Assembly: GCA_963776275.1 (NCBI GenBank)
Contig: CAVZMI010000007.1
Coordinates: forward strand, 1-64,000
Direction: 5' to 3'
Source: Ignavibacteriota bacterium
GTDB taxonomy: Bacteria; Bacteroidota; Ignavibacteria; UBA10030; CAVZMI01
Length of the DNA: 64,000 bases
Shown here in pieces: positions 1 through 10,963 of the stretch. Under the pieces are notes generated by a model that did no database searches, had not been told where the DNA came from, and saw only the letters and a list, made by a program, of their open reading frames with translations. Position numbers and translations under genes: made by a program. The stretch's first letter is position 1; each line of letters starts with the position of its first letter.

Positions 1-9
1 CTTTTCGAA

Positions 10-943
10 TCATTCTTTATTCACAGCGTACTCTATATTCCGCATCAATCCTTTGTGTTTTGCACGTTTTATGGCGCTTTTTGAAAATTTTCTTGAAAAA
101 TCCTCCTTTGTCATTTTCCTCCATTGATCTAACTGCGGGGCCAGATTTTCTTCATGAGGTCGAAAATCATCAATCAATGATGGAATAAAAATCTCTCATT
201 CCACGGGCAGACGTCTGGCAGATATCGCATCCATAGATCCACCCGTTGAATTTATCTCTATACTGCGGATCGATTTCTCCTCGATGTTCAATAGTAAGAT
301 ATGATAAACATTTCGACGAATCAACAACATAGGGTGCAATAATGGCCCGAGTCGGGCATGCCTCAATGCATTTCGAACAGGAACCGCAAAAATCCTGCAT
401 GGGAGTATCCGGAACAAGCTCCAACGAAGTAATGATTTCACCGAGAAAGATCCACGAGCCGGCGTCGCGCGTGATGATGTTTGTATGCTTCCCGAGCCAG
501 CCGATTCCCGCCCTTGCTGCCCAGGCTTTTTCCATTACGGGACCTGTATCCACATACGCTTTCGTTTCAATCCCCGTGAAGTTTTCATGAAGCAAATTAG
601 CGAGGGTGTCGACCATGGATTTAGTAACCTCATGATAATCATTTCCCCATGCATATCGTGAGATTTTTCCTGTTCCAGGTTTATCAAGGTGTGAATATGG
701 ATGATAATAGTTCACGGCACAGCAGATAATCGAGTGTGCAGACGGCAGAATATCGCGTGGATTCTTTCGCTTCTGAGTATCGTTCTTCATCCATTCCATT
801 GACGCATGATAACCGCGCAGGAGCCACTCATCAAGGTAAACGCCTTCTTCTTCCAGTGTTTGCACAGTGGATATGCCGACATGGGTAAATCCGACTTCTC
901 GAGCCCGATTTTTCACCCATATAGCGGCTTCATTAAACGTCAT
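10..943 (-). CDS. queG: tRNA epoxyqueuosine(34) reductase QueG (3' end frameshifted in this sequence)
   Basis: ORF 170..943 has ISRYAWGNDYH, VDTGPVMEK, GIGWLGKH, CGSCSKCIEACPT and WIYGCDICQ. The expected DVCPWN and SAIKRAKHKGLMRN continue in other frames to TGA at 10-12. Confidence 0.88.
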
Positions 944-983
944 GTTGATTCACCCAAATTAAATTCTGAGGTAAAGATAAAAT

Positions 984-1018
984 AAAAAGGTCGGTCGTCA
1001 TAGGTATGAGACCGACCT
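984..1018 (-). terminator. Intrinsic terminator after ferredoxin gene
   Basis: 9-bp stem AGGTCGGTC/GACCGACCT followed by a T-run on the minus strand. Confidence 0.6.
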
Positions 1019-1039
1019 CTGCTGTACATCTTCAAGTAT

Positions 1040-1378
1040 TTATTTCCGGAAATGTGAATTTGCAGCCGATAATTCACCGAAGGATTTCTCCGGATGTATT
1101 TTCTTTGCCCGTTCAAGCAGTACATCTTCGGTCTCGACACGGTTTGGATCGGGAACACAGCAATCGACCGGGCAAACAGCAGCACACTGCTCTGTATCAG
1201 CATGACCGACACATTCTGTGCATTTATCCGGGACGATATAATAAAAATCGTTGGAGAGTGCATCGTTCATCGCGCCATTCAATTCCCATTGTACACCGCC
1301 TGCATATATCGCAGTGTTTGGACACTCAGGCTCGCATGCTCCGCAGTTTATGCACTCCTCAGTGATCATCGTTGCCAT
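1040..1378 (-). CDS. YfhL-family 4Fe-4S dicluster ferredoxin
   Basis: CINCGACEPECPN and KCTECVGH...QCAAVCPVDCC motifs. Confidence 0.9.
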   Translation of the reverse strand: MATMITEECINCGACEPECPNTAIYAGGVQWELNGAMNDALSNDFYYIVPDKCTECVGHADTEQCAAVCPVDCCVPDPNRVETEDVLLERAKKIHPEKSFGELSAANSHFRK

Positions 1379-1491
1379 ATTTATTTCTCCTTAAAATATA
1401 TTCGTAAAGAAACAAACTGAATAATAATAAGAAAAACCCCACCCAAGTTCAAGGTATTTTTTTCAATTCTCTTACGAAAAAGCCTTATTTT

Positions 1492-4400
1492 TTAGGACTT
1501 TTCGGGGCGTATATTAAAATATTTTGCCTGAGGATGATGGACAATTATTGCACTTGTCGATTGTTCCGGAACGATCTGGAATTCCTCCGTCAACGATACA
1601 CCGATCCGTTCCGGACAAAGCAGTTCGAAGAGCTTCGTTTGGTCCCTCAAGATTCGGACAAGCGGGATATCCAAAGCTATACCGCGAGCCCTGATATCCC
1701 TGACTGAATAATTTCTTCATATCTACCGCATCATTTCCGGCGATACCAAGGTCCTGACGTATAACCTTATGCCAGAATTCGGCCAACGCCTCGGCCGACT
1801 CGACACCCAGACCGTGAAAGAACAAGTAGTCACGATAATCTCCCGCATCATAGAGAGTTTTTGCAAACTCGGATGCCTTGCTTCCCATTGTCACGAGCTG
1901 AAACGCAACGACATCGTGTTTTCCGGATTCGACTGGAAGAAAGAAATCCGAAATGCACAGGTATCGATCATCCGACTGCCGCGGGAATGTAAATCGAAGC
2001 CTCTCGTTCACTCCACCCTCATCATAAACAATAAGATCGTTTCCATCGCTGTTGCACGGAAAATAACCGTAGACGACTTTTGGCTGAAGAAGTTTTTCTC
2101 GATCCGCCCGTGTCTTCCATTCGTGCATAGCAGGGCGTACAGAGTCATCCAGGAATTTCTCGAACTCGGAGATCGATAGCTTCCCCCTCCTGAACTGCCA
2201 TTGTCCTTTCACCAGAGCAGTTTCGTTGATGTATCGATATATCTCGTTCAGTGGAATATCATCGACCACACGAACGCCATAAAAAGGAGCATCTGGAATT
2301 TTCTCGAGCACCCTGACATATGTACTGCGTTGTGCAGTGTGTCTCTGCGTGTTTTTATCAGGTATCTCTTTCGATATTTTGTTCTCTGTCGTTTTTCGCG
2401 TGATAGTTCCAATATCACGGGGCGTCTTGTCCAGAGTGCCCTGAACTACACGTTCCATAAATCGCAGGCCGTCGAAGGCATCATTTGCGTATTCAACATA
2501 GCCATTGTAAACCGATCGAAGATTTTCTTCGACATAACGGCGCGTTAATGCCGCTCCTCCGAGGACAACCGGTACTTCTATCCGCCGCTCATTGAGCACT
2601 TCGAGATTTTCCTTCATGATGAGTGTCGATTTAACCAGCAATCCGCTCATTCCGATGGCGTTTGCTTTATGCTCTCCGACGCTTCGCAATATATTCTCAA
2701 CCGGTTGTTTAATACCGAGATTGATAACCTTGTAGCCGTTGTTGGTCAGAATAATATCAACGAGATTCTTACCGATATCATGGACATCGCCTTTCACAGT
2801 GGCAAGGACGAGTGTTCCCTTGTTCATCGATTCGGATTTTTCCATAAATTGTTCGAGATAAGCGACAGCCGTCTTCATTACCTCGGCCGATTGAAGAACG
2901 AAAGGAAGCTGCATTTCACCTCGCCCGAAAAGATCGCCGACCACCTTCATTCCATCGAGGAGAATCGTATTGATGATCTCCAACGGCTTGTACCGACGGA
3001 GCGCGTTATCAAGATCAGCCTGAATATCAACCTTATCGCCGTCGATAATTCGCCGTTTTAATATCTCCTCAATCGTCCCGACTGAACGAACGACCTGTTC
3101 TTTCGGTACAGTAGACTTCCGGGTGTAGAATTCCATTATCGCCTTGAGCGGATCTAATTCCGGAGTGCGTTCATCGAAGATCAATTTCCGACAAAGTTCA
3201 AGTCCCTCCTTTTCAATTTTATAGAGAGGAAGGATTTTCTGCGCGTTCACGATTGCCATATCGAGACCGGCTTCAATGGCATAATGCAGAAAAACACTAT
3301 TGATGATCTGCCGCGCCTGGGGGGCCAGACCGAATGAGATGTTGCTGACTCCAAGAAGAGTCCGCACATTCGGGAATTCCTTTTTGATCAAACGGATCCC
3401 TTCGATGGTCTCGAGACCGGCTTTTCTGAATTCCTCATCGCCCGATCCGAGCGTAAATGTCAGCGTATCGAAGATCAGGTGCCTCTTCCGGCAGGTCATA
3501 TTTTTTCGTAACGATATCATGAATACGCCGTGCAATTGCAAGCTTTTTCGGTGCTGTTTTTGCCATGCCATCTTCATCAATTGTCAGGGCAACAACAGCC
3601 GCACCGTACTTTTTACAGAGCGGGACGATCTTCGCGATCCGTTCCTCGCCGTCTTCACAATTGATTGAATTAACGATTGGCTTGCCGGCAATAAGCTTCA
3701 ACGCCTCTTCGACAACCTGCCATTCGGTAGAGTCGATCATTAGCGGCACTAAAACCTGCGTATTGAACCGTTTGATAATTTCGTGCATATCCCGGACTTC
3801 ATCGCGGCCAGCATAGGCAGCGCAGACGTCAAGGATATGTGCCCCTTCGCGGACCTGTTCCTTCGCCATTGCGACTATGCCGTCGTAGTCCTCGGCCTGC
3901 AATAATTCACGGAATTTCTTGCTGCCGTTGGCATTCGTCCGCTCGCCGACGATCACCGGCGGCGGTTCGATATGTGTCGTTGCGATTGAATACAAACTCG
4001 CTACCGATGGTGCAAAATCAACCGTCCGTTGATACATTGTCGTATCACGTACAGCTTCGACCAGGGCGTGAATATGCTCGGGCGTTGTGCCACAGCACCC
4101 ACCGACAATCTGCACACCGAGATCGCGCACAAAATGTCCGAGCGACGAGGCAAGCTCGGCCGGCGTAAGATTATAGTGAGCTCTTCCTCCAATATTCTCC
4201 GGCATGCCGGCATTTGGCATGACGAACACGGGCTTCGGACTCGCTCCGCATAGATAGCGCACGTTCTCGGACATTTCTTTCGGTCCTGTCGCGCAGTTCA
4301 TTCCTATGATATCAACGGGAAAACTCATGAGCGTTGTCAGCGCAGCGTTGATTTCTGTCCCGAGAAGCATCGTACCCGTCGACTCAATTGTGATAGAGGA

Positions 4401-4967
4401 AATAACAGGTACGGAACGGCCCGCCTGCCGGAAATATTCGAAGATCGCAACAAGTGCCGCTTTTGCTTGAAGAAGATCCTGACAGGTCTCAACAGAAAGA
4501 AGATCCGCTCCTCCTTCCATCAATCCACGAACCTGATCGTAAAACGAATTCTTCATATCCACGAAGGAAATATGTTGAAGTGAGGGGAGCTTTGTCGTCG
4601 GTCCGATCGATCCGGCAACATACCGCGGATACGATTGAGTTGAGTATTGAGCTGCGATTTTTTTTGCGATCTTAGCTGCTTCACGATTTAATTCGTAGGC
4701 ATTGTCTTGAAGTCCGTATTCAGCCAAAACAATGCTCGCGCCGCCGAATGTATCGGTTTCAATAACATCACAGCCGGCTTCAAGAAAATCGACGTGCACT
4801 TTTTCGACAGCGGACGGTTTTGAGAAGACGAGGTTTTCATTACAGCCATTAAGGTGTTCACCGCCGAAATCGGCCGCGTTCAGGTTCTGTCGCTGTATAC
4901 TCGTTCCCGTTGCTCCATCGAACACGATGACGCGATTCTGGAGTCTATGTAAGAAGGATTCAGGCAT
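1492..4967 (-). CDS. metH: Cobalamin-dependent methionine synthase, split over three frames (frameshifts near ~3480 and ~1645)
   Basis: FDGATGT, GMNCATGP, GGCCGT (homocysteine domain); GERTNANGS (pterin domain); KGDVHDIGKN (B12 binding); RYSFGYPACP and PEQSTSAI (reactivation domain). These lie in ORFs 3435..4967, 1514..3580 and 1492..1674. Confidence 0.93.
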
Positions 4968-5350
4968 TAAAATAATGATTTTGTACCAATTTCAGTGTTT
5001 AATACACCATTATAAGGTTACATAATCTTCAATTAATTCAGACTCATGAAGATACAATAAATAACCCAAGAGAGCGTGAAATAATTCCATGATATGATCA
5101 TAAAAATATACAAAAAAACGCAGTGCCTAGCAAAAAGGTCTGGATGATATCAGACCTGTTCAAAATAGCTTTTATAAAAGAACAGTATTAAAGGTGTCAC
5201 TTTCTTTTTGAAAAGCCCCGTGCTTCTTAAAGAACATGTCAGAGTCCTCCACAAAACGAAGACGGGACGATATATCGAAAGTGACAGAAAGAAAACAGGC
5301 ACCTAACGGTACTGCGCACTGGTAATAAAATCGAAGTTCGTTAATATGCG

Positions 5351-5640
5351 CTGACAAAATCGCAACCCGCTTCAGGTGGCATCCCACCCGCTCTGTTGCG
5401 ATGGCAGCCGCGAGTCCGTCGATCTCGGCCTTATTATTCAAGGACAATGCGATAAATATCTTTTTATAAGCCTCGATCTCCGCCAAAGGCGGATCCCCGC
5501 CAGCCTAAACTGATCTATAAAGGCGGGCTGGTGCCTCACCGTATTCTATGGCGTGGCAGAGAAACGCACGAAATTGCGCCAACACACGGCCTCGCTTCTT
5601 CCCGCCGTTCACCAGCGATTTTGTCGTCAAGGATTTATTT
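5351..5640. repeat. MITE-like element, copy 1 (inverted relative to 24370..24575)
   Basis: Near-terminal inverted repeat TGACAAAATCGC/GCGATTTTGTC. The sequence aligns with 24370..24575 except for an extra ~80 bp REP-containing insert (~5479-5560). Confidence 0.7.
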
Positions 5641-6049
5641 ACTATTAGAAAAAGCAATGACTGATCAAGATAGCCGCATTTGACAATTCAAAATTAAAGT
5701 GCTTTAAAAATTATATTTAGTGGAGATTTTCAGCGTTTCTTAAATTATTTTGGACAGTCATGGAATGATATATAATTATAGATCTTTAAAATTTATCCAA
5801 AACAAAAAAGGTCAATTTGTCTTTATGGAAAGAAGGGGATAGACAGTAGCACCAATTGAGAAGAAAGGCTAATGAGGCAGGCACCAACAAACAACACTCT
5901 GCCCTCTCCCGGATGCAGCGATGCTTACAGGAATTCAAAGGTGAGGGCAAAATCGGAATCACTTCTTTTCTGGCTGAGGAGACAGGTCTATACTCCTGAG
6001 GAACAACAGGTAAGAGGCTTACATCTCCCATAGAACCAATCACACTACT

Positions 6050-6074
6050 AAACCGCAGGCGAAAGATCCTGCGG
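6050..6074 (-). terminator. Probable terminator hairpin
   Basis: CCGCAGG/CCTGCGG stem followed by TTT on the minus strand, just downstream of the 6089 stop. Confidence 0.45.
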
Positions 6075-6088
6075 CAAAGAAGTACTTC

Positions 6089-6235
6089 TTAACTTGCTTC
6101 GAATTCTTCTTCGAAGATCTCATCGAGTGTCGGATATCCTACTGTTACTTTTTCTTCCCTTTTAAGATTGCTCATTATTAAAGCAACAGGAATAGCAACA
6201 GCCACGATGATCCCCACCAACTTCAAGATTTTCAT
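6089..6235 (-). CDS. Small single-pass membrane protein
   Basis: MKILKLVGIIVAVAIPVALI hydrophobic stretch with an acidic tail; AGGGG RBS before the ATG at 6235. Confidence 0.6.
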   Translation of the reverse strand: MKILKLVGIIVAVAIPVALIMSNLKREEKVTVGYPTLDEIFEEEFEAS

Positions 6236-6318
6236 AACATCCCCTTTCTGAGGAATCCTCCTCAACACTAAGGTACGAAAGCCGCGGGGATGCCGCAAGT
6301 TAATTCTTGTTAATGAAA

Positions 6319-8211
6319 TCACTTTAATATAAGCTCAATCCCTCCCCGGATCCATCGACCGGGTTGCGGAACGCCGGGAATCTCCTCGTAGGGGGTATCG
6401 AAGACATTCTGCGCCGTGATATACACCCAAACCGGATTGATTTCCTTCCGCATACTGACGTCGATGAGGGCATAAGACTCTCCCGAGGTACGTTCCTTCC
6501 ACGCCCCGAAGATTGAGGCCTTAATTTTTAATGGGAAGCCCATGACTATCATGCCTGAAAGGGTATGACGCGGGTGATTGAGGCTGTATTTGGTCCTGTA
6601 ACTGCTCCCGCGATCAATTCGCGAGGAGAGAAAAAGATAATTGACATTTACGTTTCGGATGGAGACGGGGAATTCATCGTACGACGATTGGTTTCCGGTC
6701 AACCATTCGATACCCAATTCACCTCCACGAGTTTCGGCTCCGGTAAAGTTTACAGCATGGTACTGATCACCGTCGAAGAACTGAACATAGTCGATCAGAT
6801 CTTTCTGGTCTCTAAGAAATATAGCACCGCTGATCATGAAATTTTGGATGGAAGAATTTCTGATACCGAGCTCATATGACCATCCGATCTCCGGCGACAG
6901 ATTTGGATTCCCGACATTTGCCGGATCGTTATAATATAAATCCGTATAACTCGGAGCCCGAAACGATCTGCCTGCCGATGCAAATATTTTTGTCGTTCCC
7001 ATAAAAATATATCCGATGCCGATACCGGGCGAGAATTGCCGTCCGTAATCCGAATGCCAATCCTGCCGCGTTCCGATATCAAAAGAGAAAATGCTGTCGA
7101 TCAAAGTCTGGAAGGTACTGAATATTGCCTGCGTTGAACGGTGATGATTGCCCAGAGAAGTACTCGCGATTCTGTCCCAGTTCCCTTCGACACCAAGAAG
7201 AAGGGATGTGGATTTACTGAAAGTCATCGTGCCGACAATTTCTCCGCCGGCAACATGCGTTGTGTGAGTATTTGTGGCGCTGCCCGGCATATAAATGAAT
7301 TCGTCATCGTGACGCCGGTAACGGACTTTTGGTTGAAGAAGCAGCGATCCCGCGGTAATTTCTGTCCCCAGCGTCATCCAGCCGACGGCTGTTTTTTCCT
7401 TCGATGCCGCATTTCGTCCCGGCGAGTAAAAATCAAATGCTCCGAATTTCTTTTTCGTATATCCGCCGAGAAGGGTATAATTCCCGATCGGAAAATTCAG
7501 CTCGTTGTTCGTAGTCATATTCCAGATAGTAAATTCAGTATCATCCCGGAATCCATCCGACTTTCTTATTTCAAATGTATTTCGCGATTTCACTATCATG
7601 TTATTTGTGGTGAATGATGCCGATCCTGTCAATAATCCGTACTCCCCGCCCCCTAACCGAAGAGTGAGACTTTCATCGGTCGGACGTTTTGTAATAATAT
7701 TAATGACGCCGGCATATGCATCTGCGCCGTATTGAGCCGATGCGTGACCTTTGACAATCTCGACCCGCTCGATTTCATCGATTCCGACAGGGACATCAAA
7801 TGTATGATGACCTGTTTGCGGATCGTTGAGCCGCTGACCGTCAAGAAGGATAAGATTCTGACTGAATGTCGAGCCTCTGATGCTCACATCGGTTTGAACA
7901 CCGAAGACTCCGCGCGATTGAATCCCGCTGACCGATGAGTAACGCAATACTTCTTCGAGTGAAATAGGCGGCGCTGCACTCATCTCTGAGGGATGGAGTA
8001 TTTCGTATGCTCTGTTGACGGCGGTGGTGATCGTCGGAATACGGGTCGCGGTGATCACCGTCGTGGGGAGCGTAACGACGGCTTGCTGTGAAATAGAATC
8101 GGATGTCTGGGAATAGATAAGTGTATTATGAAAGTTGAAAAAAAACACAACTATAAAAATTAATACCAATCCTTTTTCGGAAATCCGTCGATCGGTACTG
8201 TGTCCCTTCAT
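6319..8211 (-). CDS. TonB-dependent receptor (BtuB-like plug plus barrel)
   Basis: VITATRIP TonB-box-like segment, SIRGS, IERVEIVKG..S.YGADA.AGVINIIT plug motif and RAPSYTDLY. Start placed at the internal M (8211) because 8212-8328 is a REP-containing spacer. Confidence 0.85.
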   Translation of the reverse strand: MKGHSTDRRISEKGLVLIFIVVFFFNFHNTLIYSQTSDSISQQAVVTLPTTVITATRIPTITTAVNRAYEILHPSEMSAAPPISLEEVLRYSSVSGIQSRGVFGVQTDVSIRGSTFSQNLILLDGQRLNDPQTGHHTFDVPVGIDEIERVEIVKGHASAQYGADAYAGVINIITKRPTDESLTLRLGGGEYGLLTGSASFTTNNMIVKSRNTFEIRKSDGFRDDTEFTIWNMTTNNELNFPIGNYTLLGGYTKKKFGAFDFYSPGRNAASKEKTAVGWMTLGTEITAGSLLLQPKVRYRRHDDEFIYMPGSATNTHTTHVAGGEIVGTMTFSKSTSLLLGVEGNWDRIASTSLGNHHRSTQAIFSTFQTLIDSIFSFDIGTRQDWHSDYGRQFSPGIGIGYIFMGTTKIFASAGRSFRAPSYTDLYYNDPANVGNPNLSPEIGWSYELGIRNSSIQNFMISGAIFLRDQKDLIDYVQFFDGDQYHAVNFTGAETRGGELGIEWLTGNQSSYDEFPVSIRNVNVNYLFLSSRIDRGSSYRTKYSLNHPRHTLSGMIVMGFPLKIKASIFGAWKERTSGESYALIDVSMRKEINPVWVYITAQNVFDTPYEEIPGVPQPGRWIRGGIELILK

Positions 8212-8254
8212 GAATAAGTAAAAATTATAGTAGGAGCACCGCCACAGAGGACAC

Positions 8255-8284
8255 TGCGCCAAAGGCGCATGCGCCTCCGGCGCA
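8255..8284. repeat. REP-like double hairpin
   Basis: TGCGCC-AAA-GGCGCA-TGCGCC-TCC-GGCGCA. Confidence 0.6.
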
Positions 8285-8327
8285 AGAGAATCGAGAGAGG
8301 ACACAGAGTGTAAGAATCTCCTCATCA

Positions 8328-8921
8328 TTATTCGAGTGTTAATAATATTTCTTTCATTCGAGCGAGGGCTTTTGAGCGGTGGCTTAGAGAGTTTTTCATC
8401 TCGGCGCTCATCTCGGCATAGGTCTGTGTGTATCCATTCGGGATGAAAATAGGATCGTAGCCGAATCCGTTTCTCCCACGGGAATATTCGATGATCACTC
8501 CTTCGACAATTCCTTCGACACTTTTTTCATATCCCGGCCCGACAAGCGTGAGGACAGTCCGAAACTGCGCCTGACGGCGGCGCGGCGGCACTCCTTTTAA
8601 CACTTTCAAAAGCTTCCGGTTATTATCATCGTAGCTGCACCCTTCTCCAGCGAAGCGCGACGAGTGGGCGCCCGGCTGTTTATTCAGGTAAAGCACTTCC
8701 AATCCCGAGTCATCGGCAAGGGCGGGAATTTCTGTCGATTGAAAAACATATCGCGCTTTCTTCAGGGCATTTCCTTCGAGAGTCGGCTGGTCTTCCTCCA
8801 CTTCCAACAGATAAGGAAAATCTTCCAGACTCTTCACGGCAATTCCGCTTCCAGAAAGCATCGCCTGCAGTTCCTTGATTTTGTGGAGATTTCGCGTTGC
8901 AAGGATTATTTGGTTGAGCAT
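8328..8921 (-). CDS. rdgB: XTP/dITP diphosphatase (HAM1 family)
   Basis: ATRNLHKIKE, NALKKA, ADDSGLEV, GFGYDPIF and SHR motifs. Confidence 0.93.
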   Translation of the reverse strand: MLNQIILATRNLHKIKELQAMLSGSGIAVKSLEDFPYLLEVEEDQPTLEGNALKKARYVFQSTEIPALADDSGLEVLYLNKQPGAHSSRFAGEGCSYDDNNRKLLKVLKGVPPRRRQAQFRTVLTLVGPGYEKSVEGIVEGVIIEYSRGRNGFGYDPIFIPNGYTQTYAEMSAEMKNSLSHRSKALARMKEILLTLE

Positions 8922-9148
8922 AGATGTCTTTTGTTAATTAAACGACACTCCGTGTTCTCAGGAGAGATATTTTAGAAGATCTCCGTGTACTCCGTGGTTA
9001 TTTTTTTCATTGATAAATATAACACCACAAAGATAAAAGATTTTTAATGGTGCTGTGACCCTTTATTAAGAAAAATAGTTGAACGGTCACCGCCACAGAG
9101 TCCCCAGAGAATTTAAAATTCCTATCATGAGGACACAGAGTTGCAGGC

Positions 9149-10504
9149 TTAACTAAGAATTGATTTAATTGCTTCTTCCACACTTTCAACGGGAATGATT
9201 TCGATTTCGCCGTTCATCTTCATTCCCTTCACATTATTTTTCGGAATGACGATCCGCTTGAAACCTAGCTTTCCGGCCTCCTGCACACGTTTTTCGATCT
9301 GGCTGATGGTGCGGATTTCGCCGCCAAGCCCCACCTCCCCCACCACCACCGATGACGAATCAGTGGGGATATCGCGGAGACTCGATACAATAGCAACGGC
9401 AATTCCAAGATCGACAGCCGGCTCATCGACTTTGACACCCCCCGCAATATTCACAAAAACGTCATAACTGCCGATATTGAGGCCGACACGCTTTTCGAGC
9501 ACTGCCAGCAGCAATTGAAGGCGTTTTGTATCGAATCCGGCCGATGTCCGTTGGGGCATCCCGTAACTTGTCGGTGAGACGAGGGCTTGAACTTCCAGCA
9601 AAATCGGGCGCGTTCCTTCGATACTGGCTACGACAGTAGAGCCTGACACGCCATAATTCCGCTCTGCAAGAAGCACTTCCGATGGGTTTTTTACCTCACG
9701 CAGTCCGCTATCGCGCATCTCAAAAATACCGATTTCGTTCGTGGATCCAAATCGATTTTTCATGAGCCTCAGAATCCGGTATGAATAATGATGTTCTCCT
9801 TCGAATTGCAGGACGGTATCGACCATATGCTCGACGACCCGCGAACCGGCAATTACGCCTTCTTTTGTGACATGGCCGACCAGAAATACCGGAATTTCTT
9901 CTGTTTTGGCTATTCGCATGATCATTGCAGTCGATTCACGAACCTGACTGATCGAGCCGGGCGAGCTTTCGAGCTCCGGCCGGTACATTGTCTGTATCGA
10001 ATCTATAACAATAAGATTTGGCTTCAATTTTAGTATACATTCCGAAACGACATCGAGATTTGTTTCTGCAAGCAGTTGGATCGTCTGGACTGATGAAATT
10101 TTCAACCGTTCAGCCCGAAGCTTAATCTGTTTTGCCGATTCTTCACCCGTTACATAAAGTACCGTACCAGGAATTTTCGCAGCGACTTGCATCATGAGCG
10201 TCGATTTCCCTATTCCGGGATCGCCTCCCACCAATATCACAGATCCGCGGACAATTCCTCCGCCCAACACGCGGTCGAATTCTTCAAGGCGGGTCAGGAT
10301 TCTTTTTTCTTCAACGGTATCTACATCACTCAACGGAACAGGCTTTCCACCGCTGCTTGAGAGACTTCCCTTTTTACTTTTACCTTCGTGATAGATTGGT
10401 TCTTCGACGTACGTATTCCATTCACCGCATGCGGGACATCGTCCGAGCCATCGGGGTGATGAAGAGCCGCAAGACTGGCAAACATATTTCGATTTTGGCT
10501 TCAT
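9149..10504 (-). CDS. radA: DNA repair protein RadA/Sms
   Basis: CQSCG...CPACGEW zinc finger, GGDPGIGKST Walker A, KNRFG motif, Lon-like C-terminus. Confidence 0.96.
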   Translation of the reverse strand: MKPKSKYVCQSCGSSSPRWLGRCPACGEWNTYVEEPIYHEGKSKKGSLSSSGGKPVPLSDVDTVEEKRILTRLEEFDRVLGGGIVRGSVILVGGDPGIGKSTLMMQVAAKIPGTVLYVTGEESAKQIKLRAERLKISSVQTIQLLAETNLDVVSECILKLKPNLIVIDSIQTMYRPELESSPGSISQVRESTAMIMRIAKTEEIPVFLVGHVTKEGVIAGSRVVEHMVDTVLQFEGEHHYSYRILRLMKNRFGSTNEIGIFEMRDSGLREVKNPSEVLLAERNYGVSGSTVVASIEGTRPILLEVQALVSPTSYGMPQRTSAGFDTKRLQLLLAVLEKRVGLNIGSYDVFVNIAGGVKVDEPAVDLGIAVAIVSSLRDIPTDSSSVVVGEVGLGGEIRTISQIEKRVQEAGKLGFKRIVIPKNNVKGMKMNGEIEIIPVESVEEAIKSILS

Positions 10505-10554
10505 AGGTTGGGATAATATAGGCATAGGGTTATTATGATTCAAGTGGCAAAAGA

Positions 10555-10588
10555 AAAGGTAGAGGTAAAGGTTAAGGTAAAGGTTGAG
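10555..10588. repeat. Degenerate hexanucleotide tandem repeat (AGGTWR)
   Basis: AAAGGT AGAGGT AAAGGT TAAGGT AAAGGT TGAG upstream of radA. Confidence 0.6.
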
Positions 10589-10627
10589 GGATTTTTAAAG
10601 CATGCTCTTTTTACCTGCATATCATAA

Positions 10628-10656
10628 TTGCATTTTCCAATGTAATTCCTTACGTT
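10628..10656 (+). promoter_or_regulatory. Repeated sigma70-type promoter, copy 1
   Basis: TTGCAT-N17-TACGTT; the same element recurs at 24738, 36548, 42354 and 45002. Confidence 0.75.
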
Positions 10657-10751
10657 CTGATGTATTGAAAAGAGCATACATGCAACATTCATTGGGATTC
10701 TTTCACAACTGTAATGCAATAATATATTGCAGCCATGATCGAGTTCATTAA

Positions 10752-10804
10752 TAGTACAACGAAGTAAATCGTCGAGACAAAGTGCGTTGTTATGCGAATT
10801 AAAT
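10752..10804 (+). repeat. attI-like site, type A copy 1
   Basis: 42/49 identical to 17527..17575. Similarity ends exactly at the (A/G)TT where the cassette terminal repeat begins. Confidence 0.55.
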
Positions 10805-10963
10805 GAAATTTCGGGCATGAGAAGGAATAGAAAATTGAAGACATTTGAACAACCGTCCCCTTTTAACAGCCTTAAAACTATCAGAACCCTTTGGCGACAG
10901 AGGACTCAAACTTGACGAACAAGAACGAAAGGCAGTCATCAAAGCAGTTGTACTGACAGAATT

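Noticed and set aside
3435-3580. Programmed frameshift or genuinely split metH
   Set aside because: The break falls inside the pterin domain, and similar indels occur in several unrelated genes.
4968-5350. SAM or cobalamin riboswitch upstream of metH
   Set aside because: No recognisable consensus elements.
5172-5486. 104-aa ORF (also 24274..24555)
   Set aside because: Both overlap the MITE-like repeat and have no protein-like features.
5905-6037. 6S RNA
   Set aside because: The CACCTTTGAA and GCATCCGGGAGA segments are suggestive, but the ends do not pair into a long rod and the region is too short.
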